A DNA stretch of 64,000 nucleotides, taken from NCBI GenBank assembly GCA_900756575.1, contig CAAEKQ010000008.1:2120-66119 (forward strand). The letters run 5' to 3'. Within the stretch, counting starts at the first letter, position 1; every line of letters starts with the position of its first letter. Positions 55,163 to 64,000 of this stretch are shown one piece after another. Origin of the DNA: an uncultured Oscillospiraceae bacterium. GTDB lineage: Bacteria; Bacillota; Clostridia; Oscillospirales; Oscillospiraceae. The position numbers were made by a program, and so were the translations under genes. The notes beneath the pieces were generated by a model that was not told where the DNA came from, did no database searches, and saw only the letters and a list, made by a program, of their open reading frames with translations.

Positions 55163-56938
55163 TTATCTGCTCTCGTAACGGGAGTATGCAGTTTCATAGA
55201 AGGACTGAAGCTCGGCAAGGCCCATTGCCTCGACTTCTGCAACATAGGCGTTCCAGGTGTCGTCGTTAAGCTCGGACTCGCCCATCATAAACTTGGAGAT
55301 TTCCGTTGCAACATGGGTGTAGATATCGGAGTTGATCTGTGCCATGTCTTCTGCTTCCTCGGCGGTAAAGGCCAGGGTGGGAGTAGCGGAGAACAGAGCC
55401 TTAGAGGTGTCGTAATCCAGCCAGATGTTCTTGGCTTCGTTGACGTAGTCCTCGTTAATGGGGTTGTTCTTATTGACGATCTGGAAGCCGGGGCCCTCAT
55501 CCAGCGCATAGATGACCTGATAGCTCACCAGTTCCTCATTGCGCTCCAGCATCAGAGGCAGCATCTGCTTGACGCCGTTTACGACTTCATAACTCTCGCC
55601 TTCCTCAAAGCCGAAGTTGACTGCGGATGCGCCGTCGGTGCTGTAGAACCAATCCAGGAACTGCACAGCCTTTTCGGGCTCTGCGCAGGAAGCGGTCACG
55701 ACGATGTTCTTCATACCGGAGGTGCGCTGCTTGGCATACTCGTAGTTATACTCCTTGGGAGCCTCGCTGCCCTCGGGATAGGTCATATGGACTGCCTTGA
55801 GATCCAGGCCATAGTTGGTCTTCATGTTGGTAAGGTCACGATCCATGCCGCCAAACAGTGCGGTGGCGCCGGAGGTCTGGAGGGAATCGTCAAACATCTG
55901 GGCATAGGCATAGTCGGGGTTGATGTAGCCGGCCTTGAATGCTCTCGAGAAGAACTCTACAAAATCACGGAGCTCATCGGAAGTTCCGTCGTATACCAGT
56001 TCGTTGGTCTGGAGGTCAACCTTAAAGGCATGGCCGCCGGAGGTGCCGAATGCGTTGCAGAAGAAGCCACCGCGGATATCGCCGGAGTTGGAAACACCCA
56101 TTGGATACTGCACGCCGTTGTTCTTCATCTTCTCGAAGACATTCATCCAATCCTCGGTGGTAACAGGCTCTTCCATGCCGGTTTCTTCCAGATAATCAGC
56201 ACGAACCAGGGGGCCTTCGCGGACACCCTGAGGCTGGTCATAGATCATGGCGATGGAATAGAGCTTGCCGGTATCGGTGGTCAGGTCACGGCGAACGTTG
56301 TCGTCAGCCTGGAGAATGGCATAGTAGTTGGGCGCATATTCGGGGATGATGTCGGTGAGGTCTACATAAACGTCGTCCTCAATGGCCTTGTCATAGCCGC
56401 CGTTGTATACAGAGGTTGCACCCATGGCACCGCAGTTGGACTCATAGATCAGATCGGTCATGTCACCGGATGCGATCATCAGGTTATACTGCTCGTTGCA
56501 GACGGCCTCGGAGGCCTGCTTAAAGGTCAGGGTAACGCCCAGCTTTTCCTGAACTCTCTGCCAGAACAGCAGATCCTTCTTCAGGGGCTGTTCGGCACCG
56601 CCCATGGCGCCCAGCTGTACCCAGAAGATGGAGAGGTCAAGACCATCTTCAAACATGGGAAGGTCATAGTCCTTTGCGCCGATGTGCTCAGAGTACCACT
56701 CGTTGGTGGGGCCCTGCTCTACGGTAGGTTCGTCAACAACAGAAGCCTCAGCCTCGGATGCGGGCTCGGTTTCCGATGCCGCAGGAGCCTGGCTCTGCTC
56801 GGGAGCCTTCTGGGACTCCTCCGCCACGGGCTGACTGGTCTGGTCACTGGTGGCCGCGCTGGACGTTCCGCCGCCGCAGCCTGCAAACAGACACACGATC
56901 ATGGAAAGGCTCAGCAGCATTGCAACAAGTTTTTTCAT
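55163..56938 (-). CDS. ABC transporter substrate-binding lipoprotein (large family-1 extracellular solute-binding protein)
   Basis: Lipobox LFAGC, Gly/Ser/Ala linker, 591 aa; promoter TAGACA-17-TATAAT at about 57020-57050 and RBS AAGGGAG. Confidence 0.8.
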   Translation of the reverse strand: MKKLVAMLLSLSMIVCLFAGCGGGTSSAATSDQTSQPVAEESQKAPEQSQAPAASETEPASEAEASVVDEPTVEQGPTNEWYSEHIGAKDYDLPMFEDGLDLSIFWVQLGAMGGAEQPLKKDLLFWQRVQEKLGVTLTFKQASEAVCNEQYNLMIASGDMTDLIYESNCGAMGATSVYNGGYDKAIEDDVYVDLTDIIPEYAPNYYAILQADDNVRRDLTTDTGKLYSIAMIYDQPQGVREGPLVRADYLEETGMEEPVTTEDWMNVFEKMKNNGVQYPMGVSNSGDIRGGFFCNAFGTSGGHAFKVDLQTNELVYDGTSDELRDFVEFFSRAFKAGYINPDYAYAQMFDDSLQTSGATALFGGMDRDLTNMKTNYGLDLKAVHMTYPEGSEAPKEYNYEYAKQRTSGMKNIVVTASCAEPEKAVQFLDWFYSTDGASAVNFGFEEGESYEVVNGVKQMLPLMLERNEELVSYQVIYALDEGPGFQIVNKNNPINEDYVNEAKNIWLDYDTSKALFSATPTLAFTAEEAEDMAQINSDIYTHVATEISKFMMGESELNDDTWNAYVAEVEAMGLAELQSFYETAYSRYESR

Positions 56939-57295
56939 ATCTCTGATCTCCCTTCTTACAAAATGTGAATCATTTTGATTTTTACTTCACAATTTTGTAA
57001 TAATTATAGTTTCATTATATAAATTGTACTCCCATTTGTCTACAGGGGATTCTAGATAATCTTTCCAGCTGGATTTTAGTAATTATTACTAAGAATCGTT
57101 CATTCTTCGTATGTATGCCAAACAATTTCAACAAAATAGCACCCAAAAAACAGCGATTCAAACTGTCTTTTAGGTGCTTTTTTACAATTAATTGGATGTA
57201 GGTATCAACCAAATGTATTATTTTGCGTGAGATTCTGCCCACAATTTTTCCGCGGTGGATGTACCCCAGATTGTTTTTTTGTCAACAATTTCATT

Positions 57296-57330
57296 TTTCA
57301 AAAAAGGGCCGTCCGCAGACAGCCCTTTTG
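57296..57330. terminator. Bidirectional terminator (AAAGGGCCGTC...GACAGCCCTTT)
   Basis: Hairpin flanked by A6/T4; ends the suf operon. Confidence 0.65.
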
Positions 57331-57343
57331 ATGATGAACTTAA

Positions 57344-58273
57344 TTACCGCAGGAAGCCCTCGAGGATCTTCTGCTCTGCCTCCTCGGCGGTCAGGCCAAG
57401 AGTCATGAGCTTGAGAATCTGCTCGCCGGCAATCTTACCGATGGCAGCCTCGTGAATCAGGCTGGCGTCTACATGGTTGGCGCTGATTTCCGGAATGGAG
57501 CGCACCTTGGCGTGATTCATGATGATGGCATCGCACTGCACATGGCCAAAGCACTGAGCATTGCCCTGGACTCTGGGATAGAACACCTGAGCGGAGTTGT
57601 CCTTGGCCACGGAGCGGGAGGTCACCTGACATTTGGAGTCGGTGCCGTTCAGAAATACGTCCACCTCGGAATCCGCCGTCTGATCTCCATGGGTCAGCAG
57701 CTTTTCCTGAATCTGAAGCTCGGCCCCGTCGCCCACCTCGCACTTGGTATAGCGCTTGGTGCTGTCTACGCCGCCGATCTGGCTCATGTCCAAAAATACC
57801 GTGGAGCCCTCGCCGATATAGAGAATGGTCTGAGGGTTCAGAATTTTTCCGCCGGTGCCGTTGCCTGCGCCATAGTGCTTTTCGGAATAGCGCACCTTGG
57901 CGTTCTTGCCCACGTAAAACGTATGAATGCCATTGTGGCGGCTATCCTCGCAGCCGCAGTTATGGATGCCGCAGCCAGCCACGATGTTGACATCAACGCC
58001 GTCGGCAATATGAAAATCATTGTAAACCAGGTCGTCCATACCGGATTCGGTAATCACAACAGGGATAGATACGGTTTCGCCCTGAGTGCCCGCCTTGATA
58101 TAGATATCAATGCCGGGCTTATCCTCCTTGGGTACAATTTCGATATGCTCGGAAGAATGGCGGACAAAGCCCTTGCCGTTGAGCCGCAGGTTGAATGCGC
58201 CCTCCTCCGGCATTTTCTTCATGTCTGCAACCTTCTGGAGCATCATTTTCTGAATTTCTGTAAGCTGTGCCAT
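57344..58273 (-). CDS. SufB/SufD-family Fe-S cluster assembly protein (short Clostridial type)
   Basis: 309 aa, beta-helix SufBD core; directly downstream of sufC. Confidence 0.85.
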   Translation of the reverse strand: MAQLTEIQKMMLQKVADMKKMPEEGAFNLRLNGKGFVRHSSEHIEIVPKEDKPGIDIYIKAGTQGETVSIPVVITESGMDDLVYNDFHIADGVDVNIVAGCGIHNCGCEDSRHNGIHTFYVGKNAKVRYSEKHYGAGNGTGGKILNPQTILYIGEGSTVFLDMSQIGGVDSTKRYTKCEVGDGAELQIQEKLLTHGDQTADSEVDVFLNGTDSKCQVTSRSVAKDNSAQVFYPRVQGNAQCFGHVQCDAIIMNHAKVRSIPEISANHVDASLIHEAAIGKIAGEQILKLMTLGLTAEEAEQKILEGFLR

Positions 58274-58999
58274 TTATGCTTCCTCCAAATAGCTGCAAGA
58301 GCCGGTGGTATTCGCCAAAATCTTTGGGAAAATGTCTTCTACCGGGCCCTGATCTACAATTTCGCCGCCGGATACCAGAACGATCTCGTCAGCCAGCCGA
58401 ATGATCCGCTCCTGATGGGAGATGATGATCATGGAAGCAGGGGAGTCCCGATGAATGGCCTCAAAGGTCGCGGTGAGACGGCTAAAGCTCCAAAGGTCAA
58501 TGCCTGCCTCGGGCTCGTCGAAAATCATCAGATCGCCGCCCTTGGCCAGGATTGTAGCGATTTCAATGCGCTTGAGCTCGCCGCCGGACAGACTGCTGTC
58601 AACGTCACGGTCAATATATTCTCTGGAACATAGGCCAACCTGGGTTAAAAACTTACATCCGTCCTCCATGCTGAGATTCTTTCCCGCTGCACAGGACAAT
58701 AGATCGTTTACCTTCATGCCCTTAAATCTGGGAGGCTGCTGGAATCCGTAACTGACGCCAAGGCGGGCCCGCTGGGTGACATCCAAATCAGTAATATCTT
58801 CTCCCTTCCAGAGAAGCTGGCCGGAGGTGGGCTTTTCAATGCCCATAATCAGCTTTGCCAGGGTAGATTTACCGCCGCCATTGGGGCCGGTAATCACCAC
58901 AAACTTGCCGTCCGGAATCGTGAGGTTCAGATTTTTCAGAATCTCAGAGGTTCCGTTATCTGTTTCTACCGAAAAGCAGAGATTTTTAATTTCAAGCAT
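58274..58999 (-). CDS. sufC: Fe-S cluster assembly ATPase SufC
   Basis: Walker A GPNGGGKST, ABC signature LSGGE, 241 aa. Confidence 0.9.
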   Translation of the reverse strand: MLEIKNLCFSVETDNGTSEILKNLNLTIPDGKFVVITGPNGGGKSTLAKLIMGIEKPTSGQLLWKGEDITDLDVTQRARLGVSYGFQQPPRFKGMKVNDLLSCAAGKNLSMEDGCKFLTQVGLCSREYIDRDVDSSLSGGELKRIEIATILAKGGDLMIFDEPEAGIDLWSFSRLTATFEAIHRDSPASMIIISHQERIIRLADEIVLVSGGEIVDQGPVEDIFPKILANTTGSCSYLEEA

Positions 59000-59143
59000 A
59001 ATTCTGCATCCTTTTTCCGTTTTCTTTCGAATTATATCATACTATTTTATAATAATTTGTCAAGAAAAATCACCCAACCGATTTGCTTCGCCGTTTTTTC
59101 TTCCATCTGATCTATATTTAATATAGTATCTTGTACATTTTGT

Positions 59144-59172
59144 TTGCTTTACCGGCTGGAATCTGATATAAT
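59144..59172 (+). promoter_or_regulatory. SigA promoter of dnaA (TTGCTT-17-TATAAT)
   Basis: Consensus-like hexamers; about 120-nt leader. Confidence 0.5.
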
Positions 59173-59292
59173 AAAGCGTAAAACTATCTGTATTTTTAGC
59201 TTATGGCAGCGCCATAGGCGGATTCTGTGCGCAAAAATAGGCTCAACCCTATGGTTTTGCCTTGGATATCCACTTTAGAGAGGAGAAAAAAT

Positions 59293-60609
59293 ATGGCTTC
59301 TGCTTCATTTCTTTGGGCAAAGGTCCTTTCCTACATCGAGAAGAAATACTCGGCTTCTATTGTGGTGACGCTGTTTGATGACATTGATGTGGTAGACTTC
59401 ACGGATAATCAGCTGGTGCTCTACACCTCCAACGAATTCCGTCGTCCGATTTTAGAGACGCAGTGCATTCCCCACATCAAAGAGGCCATGCTGGCAGTGG
59501 GACAGCAAGATGTGGAGGTCACCATCTTAGATGACAAATCACTGGCGGAATATCACAGCCGGGACAAGAAAAAAGGCGATTTGGATGCCATCAATCAGGA
59601 GTTCACCTTTGATAACTTCGTGGTGGGCCCCTCCAACCGGTTTGCCCATGCTACTGCCTGGGCTGTTGCCACCAAGCCGGCCAATGCCTATAACCCGCTT
59701 CTCATCTACGGCGAAAGCGGACTGGGCAAGACCCATCTGCTCTACGCCATTGCCAACCATATTATTAAGGATCATCCGGACTTTCATATTGTCTACGTCA
59801 AAGGCGATCAATTTACCAATGAGCTGATTGCCGCCGTAAAAGAGGGCAGAAACGTGGAATTCCGCAGCAAATACCGGAACGCCGACCTGTTTTTGATGGA
59901 TGATATTCAGTTCATTGCCGGTAAAGACAGTACCCAGGAGGAGTTCTTCCATACCTTTAATACTCTCTATGAGCAGAAGAAGCAGATCGTCCTGACCTCC
60001 GACCGTCCCCCTGAGGAGATGAGCCGTCTGGAGGACCGTCTGAAAACCCGGCTCCAGTGGGGCCTTTTGGCAGATATTCAGCCCCCGGACTATGAAACCC
60101 GCGTGGCCATCATTCAGAACAAGGCTTCGTCCATGGGTCTGAAGTTGCCCGATGATGTCATTACCTATGTGGCAGAGAACATCACCTCCAACGTTCGGCA
60201 GCTGGAGGGCACCGTCAACAAGATCATGGCCTACCGGGACATGACCGATTTTGAAATCAACCGCACCAACGTGGCCCGGGCCATCCGTGACATGGTAAAG
60301 GATACCTCCAACAAGGTTCTGCCGTCGCCCCAGCTGATCATCTCCGAGGTTGCCGCTTACTATAACATCAGTGAATCGGTGATTCGGGGCAGCCGCCGGG
60401 ACAAAAATACCGCAGAGGCCCGTCAGGTCTCCATGTACCTGATTCGGAAGCTCACCAACCTGAGTCTTTTGGACACCGCCGCGGAATTTGGTAAGGATCA
60501 TACTACGGTCATGCACTCCGTGGATAAGATTGAAAAGGAGCTGGGCACCTCCGATCACCTGGGTCAGGTGGTGAAAGAAATCACCGCCAATGTCAACGGC
60601 AAGCTCTGA
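59293..60609 (+). CDS. dnaA: Chromosomal replication initiator protein DnaA
   Basis: AAA+ Walker A GESGLGKTHL, DnaA box-binding domain IV; start at MASASFLWAKV with RBS GAGAGGAGAAAAAA (ORF-track start 59227 is too long). Confidence 0.95.
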   Translation: MASASFLWAKVLSYIEKKYSASIVVTLFDDIDVVDFTDNQLVLYTSNEFRRPILETQCIPHIKEAMLAVGQQDVEVTILDDKSLAEYHSRDKKKGDLDAINQEFTFDNFVVGPSNRFAHATAWAVATKPANAYNPLLIYGESGLGKTHLLYAIANHIIKDHPDFHIVYVKGDQFTNELIAAVKEGRNVEFRSKYRNADLFLMDDIQFIAGKDSTQEEFFHTFNTLYEQKKQIVLTSDRPPEEMSRLEDRLKTRLQWGLLADIQPPDYETRVAIIQNKASSMGLKLPDDVITYVAENITSNVRQLEGTVNKIMAYRDMTDFEINRTNVARAIRDMVKDTSNKVLPSPQLIISEVAAYYNISESVIRGSRRDKNTAEARQVSMYLIRKLTNLSLLDTAAEFGKDHTTVMHSVDKIEKELGTSDHLGQVVKEITANVNGKL

Positions 60610-60946
60610 TTTTTTTGCTGCTTTTCCGGCAGTTATGATATTTTTTTACGAAAAAGTTTTCCACATGTTCATGTGAACTTTATTGTGAACAGCTTGTGGA
60701 AATCTCGGATTTTCCGATTTTCGATTTTTTGCTGTGGAAAAGTCTAATTTTATCCACAATGGGGATAGAATAAATTATTGGTGCAACCACTCAGATTTCT
60801 CCGGTTTTCCACAGTTTCCAGACTTCTACTACTGTTACTGAAAAATAATAGATATTCTTATAACAAAAAAGCGTAAATTACCGTTCCGGCGCACCCCGGC
60901 AGTGCCTGTCCTGTGGAAAAACCGGAACGAGAGAGGAGCGTCATTT
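60610..60946. other. oriC candidate: dnaA-dnaN intergenic region with DnaA boxes (perfect TTATCCACA 60750-60758; 1-mismatch boxes at 60657, 60733, 60805) and AT-rich tracts
   Basis: Box matches read directly; typical Firmicutes oriC location. Confidence 0.7.
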
Positions 60947-62056
60947 ATGATTCATTTTACCTGTGATAAAGATAAGCTGATTTCCACGATTTCCGTCGCT
61001 TCCCGTACCGTTTCGCAGAAAAGTACCATTCCCGCATTGGAGGGAATCTACGTCACTGCCGGTAAGCTCCTGACCCTCACCGGCTACAACCTGGAAACCG
61101 GTATTTCCGTATCCATGGAGGCGGACGTCAAGGAGATGGGAAGCGCCATCTTTCCTGCAAAGCTCCTGGGCGACATTGTCCGAAAGCTCCCGGACGATAC
61201 AGTGACCATCCAGGTGGACGACAAATACCGGGTAAAGATCGTCAGCGGCATCAGCTCCTTCTCTATTATGGCTTCTTCAGCGGATGATTATCCCAATCTG
61301 CCGGACGTCGAGTTTGACAAGGCCATTTATGTGCCCCAGAATGTCCTGAAGGACATGATCTCCGGCACTATTTTCTCCGTCAGTGAGAATCAGGCCCGTC
61401 CTATTCAGACCGGCTGTAAATTTGAGATTTCTCCTGAGGACATCACCGTGGTGGCCGTAGACGGTTTTCGTCTGGCTCTGCGCCGGGAGAAGATCGACAA
61501 TCCCGAGGGAAGAAGCCTGAGCTTTGTCTGCCCCTCTCCTGCACTGCGGGAGCTGGAGAAGATTCTCGAGGATACCGACGAAAACGCATCCTTTACCCTG
61601 GGCACCCGGCACATTATGTTCCAGGTGGGCAATGCGACCCTGGTCTGCCGTCTGCTGGAGGGCGAGTTCCTGGATTGGCGCCGGGTCGTGCCAAGTGATA
61701 ACCCCATTAAGCTGGGGGTCAACGTGAAGAATCTGACTTCTTCGCTGGAGCGTGTGAGCCTGATTGTCTCTGAAAAGATTAAGAGCCCCGTGCGCATGAC
61801 CATCGGTGAGAACGTCATGGCTATGCGGACGGCAAACTCCATCGGCGACGCCTATGACGAGTGCGCCGTAGCCGGCAACGGAAATGATATGGAGATCGGT
61901 TTTAACTGCAAATATATGCTGGAGGCATTGAAGGCCATTCCCGAGGATGACATTATCTTCGAACTGAAAACCAATTTGAGCCCCGCCGTGATGAATCCCA
62001 CAGAGGGCAATAAATTTACCTACATGGTTCTGCCGGTTCGTCTGAAGGCAGAGTAA
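60947..62056 (+). CDS. dnaN: DNA polymerase III beta sliding clamp
   Basis: Three-domain clamp, 369 aa, start MIHFTCDKDKL with RBS GAGAGGAG. Confidence 0.95.
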   Translation: MIHFTCDKDKLISTISVASRTVSQKSTIPALEGIYVTAGKLLTLTGYNLETGISVSMEADVKEMGSAIFPAKLLGDIVRKLPDDTVTIQVDDKYRVKIVSGISSFSIMASSADDYPNLPDVEFDKAIYVPQNVLKDMISGTIFSVSENQARPIQTGCKFEISPEDITVVAVDGFRLALRREKIDNPEGRSLSFVCPSPALRELEKILEDTDENASFTLGTRHIMFQVGNATLVCRLLEGEFLDWRRVVPSDNPIKLGVNVKNLTSSLERVSLIVSEKIKSPVRMTIGENVMAMRTANSIGDAYDECAVAGNGNDMEIGFNCKYMLEALKAIPEDDIIFELKTNLSPAVMNPTEGNKFTYMVLPVRLKAE

Positions 62057-62065
62057 GGAGAATCC

Positions 62066-62305
62066 ATGAAAATCAAGAAAACCACAGCTCCCACGCAGGT
62101 GGAGATTCCTATCAGCACGGAGTTTATCAAGCTGGAAGCCTTCCTGAAATTTGCGGGGGCAGCGGAAACCGGCGGTGAGGCAAAGAATCGGATTCAGAAC
62201 GGTGATGTTCTGGTAGACGGTGAGGTCTGCACCATGCGCGGTAAAAAGCTGGTGCCCGGAATGGAAGTTACGCTGGACGGCAGCAGCTACCGGGTGACGA
62301 AGTGA
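62066..62305 (+). CDS. yaaA: S4-domain RNA-binding protein YaaA
   Basis: 79 aa, S4 motif; conserved dnaN-yaaA-recF synteny. Confidence 0.8.
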   Translation: MKIKKTTAPTQVEIPISTEFIKLEAFLKFAGAAETGGEAKNRIQNGDVLVDGEVCTMRGKKLVPGMEVTLDGSSYRVTK

Positions 62306-63405
62306 AGCTAATAAGCCTGGATCTCATAAATTTTCGAAATTATGAGTCCCTTCATCTGGAGCTGGATCCGGGGGTCAATTTGATCGTCGGCAACAATGCC
62401 CAGGGAAAAACGAATCTGCTGGAATCGGTGGTATATCTGTCACAGAGTGCATCCTACCGAACCCGGAAAGAGGAGGAACTGATTCGCTGGAATCAGGACT
62501 TTGCCCGGCTGGAAGCAAAAATTCAGGGGCAGGATCGGGAGACCGAGCTGGTGTATGCGCTGTTTCGGGGCAGCCGCCGCCGTCAGATTATGAAAAACGG
62601 CGTTCGGCAAAAATCAGCCGCCGGAACCGAGGGCATTTTGACCACGGTGCTGTTCTGCCCGGAGGATCTCCAGCTATTGCGGGCCGGGGCAGCAGTACGC
62701 CGCCGTTTTTTGGACAGCGCCATCCGTCAGCTGCGGCCACAATATAAAAAAGCCATTTCCGACTACCAAAAGCTCTATGAAAGCAAAAGCCGGATTCTGC
62801 GGGATCGGTTCCAAAAGCCCGGTTTACTGGATGCCCTGCCGGACTTTAACCGGCAAATGGCCATGATCGGCGCGTCCATCATCGGTTATCGGGCCAGATA
62901 TTGCGAAAAGCTGGGGGCACTGGCGCAGCAGTACCATGGTATCTGCTCCGGCGGCAATGAAACGTTGGAGCTCCGGTACCAAACCGTGTCCAGTGTGCCC
63001 GATCCCTTTGCGCCCAAAGCCGTGATATTTCAACAGATCATGGCCCATCAGGAGGCACATTATCAGGCGGAACTGGAAAGCTGCCGATGCCTGACCGGGC
63101 CACACAAGGATGATTTTGAAATGCTGCTGGACGGAAGGAGCCTCAAGAGCTTCGGTTCCCAGGGGCAGACCCGCACTGCGGCCATTGCCTTAAAGCTCAG
63201 CGAACGGGAAATCTCCCGGAACGATACCGGGGAAGAACCGATTCTATTGCTGGATGACGTACTGTCCGAGCTGGATTCCGGCAGACAGAACTTCATCTTA
63301 AATGAAATCCGTTCCGGTCAGGTGATGATTACCTGCTGCGAAACGGAGAAGGTCACCACCGCCGGGCGGGTATTCCAGATTCAGAACGGATGCCTGAGCA
63401 GATAA
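62302..63405 (+). CDS. recF: DNA replication and repair protein RecF
   Basis: Walker [17 protein letters not shown]-like signature; 4-nt overlap with yaaA. Confidence 0.95.
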   Translation: MKLISLDLINFRNYESLHLELDPGVNLIVGNNAQGKTNLLESVVYLSQSASYRTRKEEELIRWNQDFARLEAKIQGQDRETELVYALFRGSRRRQIMKNGVRQKSAAGTEGILTTVLFCPEDLQLLRAGAAVRRRFLDSAIRQLRPQYKKAISDYQKLYESKSRILRDRFQKPGLLDALPDFNRQMAMIGASIIGYRARYCEKLGALAQQYHGICSGGNETLELRYQTVSSVPDPFAPKAVIFQQIMAHQEAHYQAELESCRCLTGPHKDDFEMLLDGRSLKSFGSQGQTRTAAIALKLSEREISRNDTGEEPILLLDDVLSELDSGRQNFILNEIRSGQVMITCCETEKVTTAGRVFQIQNGCLSR

Positions 63406-63420
63406 AAGCGAGGAACGAGT

Positions 63421-63684
63421 ATGTATATTTCCATTGGCGGCGATATGGCAGTACGGGACGGGTCCATCATCGGAATCTTTGATTTGGATGGTTGCTCCAT
63501 GTCCCATAAGACCATGGAATATTTACAAAATGCCGAGAAAAACGGCGTGCTGCTGAACGTCACCGAGGACATTCCAAAGACGTTTCTGGTGACGGAGGAA
63601 TACGGCATGGAAAAGGTTTATTTTACGCAGTTGTCTGCCTCCACGTTGGAGAAGCGGACGGAAACACAAAAACAACAAGATTGA
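63421..63684 (+). CDS. DUF370 protein (YaaB/RemB-like)
   Basis: 87 aa, conserved between recF and gyrB in Firmicutes. Confidence 0.8.
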   Translation: MYISIGGDMAVRDGSIIGIFDLDGCSMSHKTMEYLQNAEKNGVLLNVTEDIPKTFLVTEEYGMEKVYFTQLSASTLEKRTETQKQQD

Positions 63685-63752
63685 TTGTTTTAGAGATAAA
63701 TTGCGTCTAACGATGGGGATCTGTGTCCCAAAGCTGTAAAGGAGGTCAAAGT

Positions 63753-64000
63753 ATGTCAGAAGAAGTAAAGCAGACATACGGCGCCGATCAAATTCAGGTG
63801 TTGGAGGGGCTGGAAGCAGTTCGAAAACGCCCGGGTATGTATATTGGTTCTCAGTCCGCAGCAGGACTGCACCACCTGGTCTATGAGATTGTAGACAACG
63901 CCATTGATGAAGCGCTGGCTGGATATTGTAATCATATCCAGGTAGAAATTCGGGAGGGCGATATCATTGCCGTCAAGGATAACGGTCGTGGTATTCCCAC
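63753..64000 (+). CDS. gyrB: DNA gyrase subunit B (N-terminal fragment, continues beyond window)
   Basis: [33 protein letters not shown]...[17 protein letters not shown]; RBS AAAGGAGG. Confidence 0.95.
   Translation, partial: MSEEVKQTYGADQIQVLEGLEAVRKRPGMYIGSQSAAGLHHLVYEIVDNAIDEALAGYCNHIQVEIREGDIIAVKDNGRGIP

Noticed and set aside
55148-56968. 606-aa plus-strand ORF antisense to the substrate-binding lipoprotein
   Set aside because: Antisense artefact; the minus frame has a lipobox signal peptide and solute-binding-protein features.
57452-58633. 393-aa plus-strand ORF antisense to sufBD/sufC, and 59539-60558 antisense to dnaA
   Set aside because: Antisense artefacts of GC-rich conserved genes.
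1-64000. Searched for CRISPR arrays, integrases/transposases, restriction-modification or other defence genes, and rRNA
   Set aside because: No regularly spaced direct repeats, no recombinase or transposase-like ORFs, no methyltransferase/endonuclease pairs and no rRNA-like sequence were seen. The only tRNA is Thr(CGT), and it has no adjacent integrase.

Overview
Chromosomal replication-origin region of a high-GC (~58-60%) Clostridia genome, probably Oscillospiraceae/Ruminococcaceae-like. This follows from the SLH-domain surface protein, butyrate-type CoA-transferases and RGGGG-type RBSs. The right end carries dnaA-dnaN-yaaA-recF-remB-gyrB, with DnaA boxes in the dnaA-dnaN spacer. To the left, in order: a sufCB operon divergent from dnaA; an ABC substrate-binding protein plus MaoC-like dehydratase operon; a uracil permease; a CIRCE/HrcA-controlled hsp20; and a 2534-aa SLH-anchored surface protein that combines phosphodiester-glycosidase and purple-acid-phosphatase-like modules. 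Further left lie a tRNA-Thr(CGT) gene adjacent to a cluster of same-orientation DnaA boxes about 19 kb from dnaA; a VOC-rimI-tsaD operon; and a compact minus-strand operon parA-parB-serS-mscL-hyp-aroK-rlmH flanked by three canonical parS sites. The left third holds three paralogous butyryl-CoA:acetate-type CoA-transferases (one with a divergent PucR-type regulator), ung, a tRNA-dihydrouridine synthase (dus), MarR+MATE pairs, and a domain-permuted GH3 glycosidase. It also holds methionine/cysteine genes: metY with a long structured leader, and a split metH operon (a separate MetH reactivation-domain ORF, metH, and a fused homocysteine-S-methyltransferase/MTHFR) divergent from cysK. A 1.8-kb low-GC islet (XRE regulator plus zinc-ribbon membrane protein) sits between rpmB and the first CoA-transferase. 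No rRNA, CRISPR array, integrase, transposase or recognisable defence system was seen. Most long ORFs on the opposite strand of real genes are antisense artefacts of the high GC content.
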